In this document: positions 15,964 through 23,149 of the stretch, one piece after another
How positions within the stretch are numbered: position 1 is the stretch's first letter
How the letters are laid out: each line of letters starts with the position of its first letter
Source: Paraburkholderia sp. J10-1
Lineage (GTDB): Bacteria > Pseudomonadota > Gammaproteobacteria > Burkholderiales > Burkholderiaceae
Assembly: GCF_905220165.1 (NCBI RefSeq)
Contig: NZ_CAJMYW010000006.1
Coordinates: forward strand, 253,427 to 277,426
DNA length: 24,000 nt
Direction of reading: 5' to 3'
The notes under the pieces: model-generated
The model's database searches: none
What the model was told of the DNA's origin: nothing
The model's input: the letters and a program-made list of their open reading frames with translations, nothing else
Position numbers and translations under genes: made by a program

Positions 15964-16395
15964 CTATTTCACAAACGATTCTATGGCCGCCTTGGTGGCC
16001 GCCTCGGACACCGTGCCGATGGTCTTCTGCGCCGCCTCGCTTTTGAGGATGTCGCCGAGCGCATTGCCAACCCAGGACGCGGTGCTGCCGAACCACGACC
16101 TGGCGTCGATCAGCGCGCGACGGAGCACGCTGGGTGATTCCTTAGCCTTGGCAAGGCCTTCCGCAACCGCAGCCGTCTTGTCCTTGGCAAGCGCGCGCGT
16201 GTCCTCATCGAGCGACGTGTCCGTGTCGATCCGCTCTAGCAGTGAGGCGAATTGCCGGGTGAGCGTCTCGCCTTCCGGCAGGCGAGCGACTCCCTCCACC
16301 CAGGAGATGTTCTCGCCCTGCGCGACGCGGGCGCCGGCGCCAACATCGCCCATCTGATAGCTGCGTTTCGGTGCCGGGTTCGGCTCGTCAGGCAT
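15964..16395 (-). CDS. 143-aa helical hypothetical protein sharing its N-terminal motif with the downstream repeat protein
   Basis: Start trimmed to the ATG at 16395, preceded by ggagg at 5-nt spacing. Residues 13-33, YQMGDVGAGARVAQGENISWV, parallel residues 8-28 of the 958-aa protein. The rest is Ala/Lys/Glu-rich and predicted helical. The stop is at 15964-15966. Confidence 0.7.
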   Translation of the reverse strand: MPDEPNPAPKRSYQMGDVGAGARVAQGENISWVEGVARLPEGETLTRQFASLLERIDTDTSLDEDTRALAKDKTAAVAEGLAKAKESPSVLRRALIDARSWFGSTASWVGNALGDILKSEAAQKTIGTVSEAATKAAIESFVK

Positions 16396-17068
16396 GAGTA
16401 CCTCCGTCGACGCGTGGGGCAGGGACACCCCGTCAATGCGATCATCTGGCCGCTTTTCATTGTAGCGCTGCTCAATTGCACTGGCAGTCTTATTGGCTTT
16501 TTGTCATCCTCGTTGTGCGAGTCGCAATCGACTGGTCCGCACTGTTGATATAACGCCTGTGGATCGTCCTTCGTGAGCATGATCGGGCGGCGTGAGGCGG
16601 AACGGCCGCTTTGTAGCTGGGTGATGACGTTTATAGAAGCCAACTGAGGGTCGGGAACGGGTCGCGTGCTGCCGCTCACAGCCAGGAATGCCGTCCGGTC
16701 GCGCATGCCAATCGCATCCGGCGGCACTCGTTTAGGGTTATTCGACGCCTGCCGACACGCGCGGAGGCATTCACATTCCTGCGGCCAATGGTAGGCATCG
16801 AATAATCCTTAACGATTTCGGACATGATGTCGCCGGATTCGTCCGCACCGAACGCATTGAAATCGGACTGGATTTGTACGTTCCCACGACGGACAAGGCC
16901 GAAAGATTGCGCTCTCCGAAGCGGAACCGCACAGGTTCGCTTACACCACCACCCGGAAGGCACTCCCCGGAACATCGATTTTCCGCATTGCAGCAGCAAC
17001 TTGATTTGCCATGTCGTTGCATGCCTGTCGCGATAAGATCGTACTGACCATCAACAGCGGGAGAGACC

Positions 17069-17410
17069 ATGACCGACCGGACCCTCGAACAATTCGACCA
17101 AGCGATGCGCGGCATTTACGACGCGGCCCTAAAGCTGAAGCCACCATACCGCGCAGCCTACTTCCTGCGGATGGTGAACGAACACGGCGGGAAGGAAACG
17201 GCTAATCGGCTGCTCGCGACGAACAAGCCGTCAGAGGGTTTCACTGAGCTTTTTCTCCGAGGCCGAGAGAATCTCCGCCTGAGCGTTGAATATCTCGTTC
17301 TTCAGACGCCATGGCGCGATCTGTTCACGGAGGAACAGCTTGCGGTTGCGAGGAAGCGGCTGATCTCGGTGGAATGCCCGCTACCTCAGTCTGACGAAGA
17401 CGAACGGTAA
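17069..17410 (+). CDS. Hypothetical protein (113 aa) upstream of the HNH nuclease genes
   Basis: The ATG is preceded by gggaga. Sequence MTDRTLEQFDQAMRGIYDAALKL...FLRMVNEHGGKETANRLLATNKPSEGFTEL...; no catalytic motif recognised. Confidence 0.6.
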   Translation: MTDRTLEQFDQAMRGIYDAALKLKPPYRAAYFLRMVNEHGGKETANRLLATNKPSEGFTELFLRGRENLRLSVEYLVLQTPWRDLFTEEQLAVARKRLISVECPLPQSDEDER

Positions 17411-17449
17411 GTCGAGCGCTACCACGAGTGCGCCATCATTCCGCGAACA

Positions 17450-18502
17450 ATGAAGATAAAATCAATGAGTAATCCACGCGCATGGTCCCTACTCGCCGTT
17501 GATGGCGCCCGACAATACGGGGGCAACTCCGGCTACCAAGACGATCCGTCGCAGGTGTATCGATACGACAGCTTCGTCGCAAACCATCAGCAAGTCGCAA
17601 AAAAAGACGTGATCGTCATTCGGTCATCGTCGGGGGTGCTTGGCGTTGCGCAGATCACCGACATTGAACTGGGAAAGGGTGAGAAGGAGCGGCAGCGTTG
17701 TCCAATCTGTGCCGTCAGCGACATCAAGCGCCGGACGACAATCGAACCGCCGTGGATCTGCCGGAACCGGCACGAATTCGTGGAACCGGCGCGTGAAAAA
17801 GTGACAGTCGAAACATTCGCTGCGCATTACGGTGAGACGTTCCGGCCCGCACCATCCGGTCTGACGCTGGACCGGTTGGCTGCCGCGGTAGTTCGACCCA
17901 ACGACCAGATGTCGATCAAAGAAATCGACTTGGCACGGATAGAACCGTGGCTACGAGATGATCCCGATTGCAACGCGTTGGTGAAAAAGTTCGTCACCGG
18001 CATCGACATTGATACCGTGGGCAATGCTGCGGACGATGATCCACCGCACTCGGTCATCGAAGCGCGGAGACGGGTACTTCGGGAAGTGAATCAGAGACGC
18101 GGACAGGTGAAGTTTCGAAATCGGCTTATTGCCCGATACGGCGCCGCCTGTCAGATAAGCCGTTGCGCTTTCCCGGGGCTGGTAGAAGCCGCTCACATTC
18201 GGCCGTATGCCGAGACGAATGACAACGGAGCGCACAACGGACTGCTACTGAGAAGTGACCTGCACACCCTGTTCGATCTCGACCTACTGGCTATCGATCC
18301 CTCGAACCTGACCGTCAAGTTGCATGCCGACGTGCTAGCAGCGGGCTACGAGGAATTTGACGGCAAGCCCCTTTTCCTAAATGGCACATCTGGTCCCGAT
18401 CTGGCCGCACTGTCCGACCGATGGGAGGATTTTCAGTTGTCGCAACCTGCCGAAGACGCGGCTAGCCAGTCTGGCTCGGTAGCGACGCCCATCTCTGATT
18501 GA
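17450..18502 (+). CDS. HNH_2-type endonuclease with an unassigned N-terminal beta-rich domain and a Cys ribbon (350 aa); candidate Type IV restriction enzyme
   Basis: The C-terminus RRGQVKFRNRLIARYGAACQISRC..GLVEAAHIRPY....NGLLLRSDLHTLFDLDLLAIDP is the HNH_2 signature found in ScoMcrA-like enzymes. The N-terminus has YGGNSGYQDDPSQVYRYDSFVANH and CPIC...CRNRH. Confidence 0.85.
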   Translation: MKIKSMSNPRAWSLLAVDGARQYGGNSGYQDDPSQVYRYDSFVANHQQVAKKDVIVIRSSSGVLGVAQITDIELGKGEKERQRCPICAVSDIKRRTTIEPPWICRNRHEFVEPAREKVTVETFAAHYGETFRPAPSGLTLDRLAAAVVRPNDQMSIKEIDLARIEPWLRDDPDCNALVKKFVTGIDIDTVGNAADDDPPHSVIEARRRVLREVNQRRGQVKFRNRLIARYGAACQISRCAFPGLVEAAHIRPYAETNDNGAHNGLLLRSDLHTLFDLDLLAIDPSNLTVKLHADVLAAGYEEFDGKPLFLNGTSGPDLAALSDRWEDFQLSQPAEDAASQSGSVATPISD

Positions 18503-18734
18503 GTAGTTTGCATGATCCGGTTCGGTTAGGGCCGGAAGATTACGCTTTCGGAACCGAAACCACACAGGGCAGATTCGATGACACCATGCCCGGTTCGAAC
18601 CGACAGACAGAAAATTGTGCATGGCGTCAGCCCGGTAGTGTCGGGCGTCCAAACGATTCCCGGCGACTCAACGAAAAACTGACCGACCCTCTGGGCTATC
18701 CTAATGGGATAACGTCGTCATCAAGGGGAGCAAA

Positions 18735-19508
18735 ATGGCGTTCGCTGATGTGAATAACCGCGCTGCTGTGCTAGAGGCGGTACGGGAGTACGACCGTATT
18801 GGTCGAGACGAATTCCTCAAGAAATATGGCTTTGGCAAGGCCACAGGCTACTTTCTCGTCGTCGATGGCAAGCGATACGACTCCAAGGCCATCATCGGAA
18901 GGGCTCACGGCTATCAATTCCCCGACCTCGGGCCGTTGACTCCGCAGGAATTTTCCGGTGGAGAGAAGACCGTTGAGAGAAAGCTTGAAGCGATGGGGTT
19001 TCGAATTGAAAGACTAAGCAGCGAGAAGCACAACGAGACAATAAGTGTCGAAGTGCACGATGCACAAGACGAGGCGCAAGCAGAAGGTGCATTCGATCCG
19101 CACAGTGTCGAGGATGCGCGAAGGAAGACCTTGGCGGCTATCGTTCGACGACAAGGCCAGCCAGCATTCAGAAGCAATCTGCTGCGAGCATATGGCAATC
19201 GTTGTGCGATCAGCGGCTGTGATGTGCCGGAAGTCTTGGAGGCGGCGCACATTGTTCCCTACAAAGGACCAGAAACCAACCATGTCAGCAACGGCCTTCT
19301 ACTACGCACAGACTTGCACACTCTCTTCGATCTGGGACTGTTGGCTATCGAACCGAGCGCCGAAATTGTGGTGGTCGCGGAAGCATTGCGCTCGACCGAA
19401 TATGATGCACTGCATGGAAAGAAGCTGCGCCTTCCTTCCGATCTCAAGAACCGCCCCAGCAAAGATGCATTGACGCTTCATTACAAGAAAAGCGAGTTGA
19501 CACGATAG
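18735..19508 (+). CDS. HNH_2-type endonuclease with a different N-terminal putative DNA-modification reader domain (257 aa); candidate Type IV restriction enzyme
   Basis: The C-terminus RQGQPAFRSNLLRAYGNRCAISGC..EVLEAAHIVPY....NGLLLRTDLHTLFDLGLLAIEP is an HNH_2 signature. The N-terminus is REYDRIGRDEFLKKYGFGKATGYFLVVDGKRYDSKAIIGRAHGY..FSGGE. The ATG is preceded by aagggga. Confidence 0.88.
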   Translation: MAFADVNNRAAVLEAVREYDRIGRDEFLKKYGFGKATGYFLVVDGKRYDSKAIIGRAHGYQFPDLGPLTPQEFSGGEKTVERKLEAMGFRIERLSSEKHNETISVEVHDAQDEAQAEGAFDPHSVEDARRKTLAAIVRRQGQPAFRSNLLRAYGNRCAISGCDVPEVLEAAHIVPYKGPETNHVSNGLLLRTDLHTLFDLGLLAIEPSAEIVVVAEALRSTEYDALHGKKLRLPSDLKNRPSKDALTLHYKKSELTR

Positions 19509-19677
19509 CGGAACTTCCGCATGGTGGCTATCGTAGCGCGACGCCATTGACCACCGACCACCACGCCGCCGACAGCAACAGTGTATTCGTCGGTACCGCC
19601 ACCACTGCCGACCGGGCACTCCGTCGACTCATCGTCGGACCGGTTACCGCCCAGAAGCGGACATTTCCTCGCATCGC

Positions 19678-20328
19678 CTAATCCAGAGAACTTTCAAGCT
19701 TCCATGAGACTCCTGGTGCACCGACGCCTCGTTGCTCCTGCACCTTCTCCACCATGGCTTTCCTGTGTCCAGCGCCAAGCAGAAGCACTCCATGAGAGAG
19801 CGCGCCGCGGATGCAATAGCCATTGATGTTCTCTAGCATTCCCGTCTCGCGACGGTCATTTGTCTCGCTCCATAGAGCGTAGATCTGTCGCAATCCGTCG
19901 TCGCCGATCCATTCGACGGTTGCACGCACCTCATCGTAGATGGCTGCCCATGCTTGGGCGCAGCGATCGCTGTTGAGGTATGGAAAACCGTGATCTCGCG
20001 TGTCGAGGCTGTTCTGGTCCATCAGACGGCGATATTCAGGGCTCGTCCTTTCGACCTTTTTGAACATCTCCTCAGATTTGCTGAAGAACTCATCGCCTGG
20101 TTTGTTCAAGTCCACCGGCACAACGTTGACTGAACGGCGCGTGCGATAGAGGGCAACGGCAGCGGACTCGAGATTGCCGTGAGAGCCGTCGAGATAGTCA
20201 GCAAGATTGGCAGTGGGAATTTCAGCAAAGATGACGTCCGGCTGAAGGCGTTCAAGGATCGTCAGCAATTCTGCTACGTTGGCGCGTCCACTTTCGGCGT
20301 GGACAGTTCCCATCAGCGATATAGGCAT
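19678..20328 (-). CDS. TraB/GumN (TIKI/PrgY)-like family protein (216 aa)
   Basis: The N-terminal LMGTVHAES....LQPDVIFAEIP and the C-terminal LLLGAGHRKAM fit the GTxH ... E ... GAxH pattern of that family. This is a motif-level call only. Confidence 0.55.
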   Translation of the reverse strand: MPISLMGTVHAESGRANVAELLTILERLQPDVIFAEIPTANLADYLDGSHGNLESAAVALYRTRRSVNVVPVDLNKPGDEFFSKSEEMFKKVERTSPEYRRLMDQNSLDTRDHGFPYLNSDRCAQAWAAIYDEVRATVEWIGDDGLRQIYALWSETNDRRETGMLENINGYCIRGALSHGVLLLGAGHRKAMVEKVQEQRGVGAPGVSWKLESSLD

Positions 20329-20528
20329 CAGATTTAAGCTCCAGAGGCAGACCTAGTAGTGCTTGAATTCGTTATGCCGGGAACGGACTATCTATGTTGG
20401 GTCGAGATGCGCCCGCCGTTGAACATTGCCCAAGGTGACCAAGCACGCGAAGCCCACGCAATCCGCAACGAATATCCGGCCATCCAACGGCTGGCTTTCC
20501 TCAACCTAACAGCGCTTCGTGGTCGCCG

Positions 20529-21506
20529 TTAGCGCGCCGGGCGCAAGACAACCTTGAAGCTCGAAGGCGCCTTGCCGTCGGTGTCGACCGGCATCGGATC
20601 CGAGCGCTGGACCGCGCGCAACGCAGCGTCGTCCCACGACGAGTTGCCACTGCTGCGCGAAATCGTCGCCGAAAGCAGCGTGCCGGTCGGCGAGCATCGC
20701 ACCGCGATCTCCGTTTCAAGGCCCGACATCTCGCCGGACCAAGTGATGTTCGGGCGCACGCGTCGGCGCACCTTGTCCAAATAGCCTGACCCAGCAGCAT
20801 TGACCGCCGCCGCTGCTGGACGAGGCGCAGCCTTACCCTCCACGCTCTGAAGTGCGGCCGTCTCCGCGCGCGGCTCGTCGTCGCCGAACTCCCCCAGCAC
20901 CTTGATTTCCTTGCCTTCTGGGCTCACCAGTACGTATGGATTCCATGATCCATGGCCTTCCATATATCGGTGCTGTCGCGTCACTAGGTAGCCCGCATAT
21001 TTGCCGTGCTTCACAACCGCGAAGCCATTGCCGTTCGTTACATACCGCTCGCGACCGCCCTGGACCGGAACGGCATGGATAGCCTCGGATGTTGCCCACG
21101 CAGCGGTGTTGAAGTAGACCATCGAGCCGTCGGGCGAAAACGCCAACGAGTTGATGCCAGAAAGTTCGTCCTCCGGCTTAGACGCGTGCGCCGCGGAAAC
21201 GATCCTCGTCACCGCATGATCCGAGAGGCGCATCACATACACGTCGCGCAGCGGTCCGCTCCCCGCATCCGCCGAGTTCTCCTGCTCACCCAGGCGAAGT
21301 CGCGTGAAGACGATCAGATTTCCATCCGGGGAGATCACCGGATTCCCGTCGGCACCCGTCTCCGTGAGCGTTTCGGTTGCGCCTGAGGCGTTCTGGTAGA
21401 CAAGGTTTCCGTACTGCACGACGACGGATTGTGCGTGCGTGCCTACGGCAGCAATCGCCAGCAACGCGCCGACCACGAGTGCTTTCAAGTTGAAGGGTTT
21501 TATCAT
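20529..21506 (-). CDS. Secreted fusion protein: signal peptide + PD40/TolB-like beta-propeller repeats + TolA domain-III/TonB-C-like C-terminus (325 aa)
   Basis: Start trimmed to the ATG at 21506 (gaggg SD). MIKPFNLKALVVGALLAIAAVGTHA|Q is a Sec signal. ISPDGNLIVF and FSPDGSMVYF are PD40-like. The C-terminal YLDKVRRRVRPNITWSG...SATISRSSGNSSWDDAALRAVQRSDPMPVDTDGKAPSSFKVVLRP matches the betaproteobacterial TolA C-terminal domain pattern. Confidence 0.8.
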   Translation of the reverse strand: MIKPFNLKALVVGALLAIAAVGTHAQSVVVQYGNLVYQNASGATETLTETGADGNPVISPDGNLIVFTRLRLGEQENSADAGSGPLRDVYVMRLSDHAVTRIVSAAHASKPEDELSGINSLAFSPDGSMVYFNTAAWATSEAIHAVPVQGGRERYVTNGNGFAVVKHGKYAGYLVTRQHRYMEGHGSWNPYVLVSPEGKEIKVLGEFGDDEPRAETAALQSVEGKAAPRPAAAAVNAAGSGYLDKVRRRVRPNITWSGEMSGLETEIAVRCSPTGTLLSATISRSSGNSSWDDAALRAVQRSDPMPVDTDGKAPSSFKVVLRPAR

Positions 21507-22065
21507 TATGGCCCTCGCCTTGTTCAGGAATGCTCCAAATATTGTATGTAGCTCGTCGACCCTGCCTACTAGCCGTTGGCTATGATGACCGAACGCACGA
21601 GAACGCGCGTCATAGTGTGGGGGCGGGAACTGCACGCGGAGGACCCGGCGATGCCAGCAACACCGGGATGCGTGAATGACTGGATTCATCATGTGCTATG
21701 CGCGCCGCATGCACTTCGCCCGCTAGTGGATTCCGTGCGCTCTGCCACCTGATCGCACGGAATGACCCTAAGCTGGCCGCCTCCATCGTGGCCGAACAGC
21801 GCCAACGCGTGGTCGGGCACACCGCGGCAGGGATGCTGATCGCGGAACTCGCGAATGGTGTCGAATGGCGCTACGCATTTGCAAACGGCGTTGCCGGCGA
21901 AACGCGCTAACTGCTGAAGTGGGTCGAACTGTGCCGGTCATTCGATGAGTACAAGCAGAGGCACCCGAGCCGTAGACCTGGTGAGAGCGCCGGCCGCCCG
22001 CAGAGCGGACGATCCGGCTCGCCCAACGGCGACCGAATCTCTATAAATATCTAACTTCTCTTTGG

Positions 22066-22187
22066 TAGCTACATTGGAGCTGTATGCCCCGGGTTCGGCG
22101 GCTCGATCTAGCTCAATCTGAGCCATATCAAATCGCCATATAGCTCAGCAGGAGCTGTGTATTATCTAGCTCCCTTGGAGCTGTGAA
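22066..22187. repeat. Four 21-bp iteron-like repeats, each an internal palindrome, beside an AT-rich stretch
   Basis: tagctacattggagctgtatg (22066), tagctcaatctgagccatatc (22109), tagctcagcaggagctgtgta (22141), tagctcccttggagctgtgaa (22167). The core is AGCTC-N5-GAGCT. The AT-rich ctataaatatctaacttctcttt lies at 22041-22063. Confidence 0.6.
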
Positions 22188-22767
22188 CAAATTCGACCAG
22201 AGCTGCAGATGCTTGACTACCCTGCTCCGTGGTGCTGAGCATAATGTGGCCTCCAGCCACAATGTTGTTGTTACCAATAACCACCTGTAGCTGCTCGATC
22301 TTCACGAACGTACCGGCCCCCTGGAAACTCTCTGCCTCCACGAGTCGCTTGACTTCACGGATTGCGGCCTCAGCGATAGTCGGGATGTATGGCCACGTCG
22401 CGGTAGCAACGACACCATCCGCCCCCCGCAATGACACACGCTCAACGACCACGTATCGCCGGTAACGGCCGACATTCCTGACTTTGAGCAAACCCAGTTC
22501 AACCAGCTTGGTGAGCGCTCTTTTTCCTTGCGCAAGCGACATGCCGGATAAGTCAGCCAGTTTCTCTTGGCTCAGGCTGCACTCACCGGTTTTCCCATTG
22601 GCGTAAGCTTTCACCACAACATAGATTGCTGCGGCGTACGGCTTCATTTCTTTCCATGTGCCATTTGCGACTAGCTCGCGCATGATTCGCAGCCACCACA
22701 GATCAGCCTCAACCTTGGAATCCCCAGCGATTCCATCGGGAACCAGCGACGCCAGATTTGTGCTCAT
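22162..22767 (-). CDS. Winged-helix DNA-binding protein, possible replication-initiator or regulator (201 aa)
   Basis: Start trimmed to the ATG at 22767 (ggaga SD), 20 nt after the AlpA-like stop. CSLSQEKLADLSGMSLAQGKRALTKLVELGLLKV is a wHTH. The iteron-like repeats overlap and follow its 3' end. Confidence 0.7.
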   Translation of the reverse strand: MSTNLASLVPDGIAGDSKVEADLWWLRIMRELVANGTWKEMKPYAAAIYVVVKAYANGKTGECSLSQEKLADLSGMSLAQGKRALTKLVELGLLKVRNVGRYRRYVVVERVSLRGADGVVATATWPYIPTIAEAAIREVKRLVEAESFQGAGTFVKIEQLQVVIGNNNIVAGGHIMLSTTEQGSQASAALVEFVHSSKGAR

Positions 22768-22786
22768 ACTGATGTCTCCGGGACCA

Positions 22787-23098
22787 TCAGGCTTGAACAC
22801 GAGGGCGGCCAATGCGGCGACGCTCCGCTCCTCCGGCCTCATCAGCGGACGTGGCCACTGGCATGTTCTGCCCGGCACGCGAAGCCTGCACAGCCAGCCA
22901 GTCGCGGACGTCGCTGACAAACCAGCACGCCCGCCGCAGATTCGGAAATGCTCTCTTTGGCAGCAGCCCCCTGTACGCCAGCTGAGAGATGGACCCCGGG
23001 GTCGTACAAAGCAACTGCGCAAGCTCGGTCCTACTGATTACGGCGTTCCCCGGCATTTTTCCAAACTGCACCCTAAAGTCCATTTCCGGCGGTTTCAT
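22787..23098 (-). CDS. AlpA/excisionase-type (MerR-like HTH_17) DNA-binding protein
   Basis: The ATG at 23098 is preceded by ggagg. ISRTELAQLLCTTPGSISQLAYRGLLP....WFVSDVRDWL fits the AlpA-family prophage/island regulator pattern. Confidence 0.8.
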   Translation of the reverse strand: MKPPEMDFRVQFGKMPGNAVISRTELAQLLCTTPGSISQLAYRGLLPKRAFPNLRRACWFVSDVRDWLAVQASRAGQNMPVATSADEAGGAERRRIGRPRVQA

Positions 23099-23113
23099 GC
23101 AAACCTCCAATCA

Positions 23114-23142
23114 TTGAGATTGATTTGCAGTGAATTTAGAAT
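23114..23142 (+). promoter_or_regulatory. Candidate sigma70 promoter for the 23150 gene
   Basis: TTGAGA (23114-23119), a 17-nt spacer, then TAGAAT (23137-23142). This places the transcription start within a few nt of the ATG at 23150, so the mRNA may be leaderless. Confidence 0.35.
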
Positions 23143-23149
23143 TAGGGAA

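Noticed and set aside
21698-22126. Small ORFs 21698-21910 (+, 70 aa) and 21938-22126 (-, 62 aa)
   Set aside because: They have no SD, no motifs and weak coding character. The second overlaps the iteron and AT-rich region. They may be remnants of a deleted gene downstream of the wHTH gene, but I cannot support them as features.
22658-23149. N-terminal 164 codons of the 435-aa plus-strand ORF
   Set aside because: This part overlaps the AlpA-like and wHTH genes, both of which have good SD sequences and motifs, and it reads as Ser/Arg/Pro-rich off-frame sequence. An internal ATG at 23150 with its own promoter-like element gives a cleaner gene.
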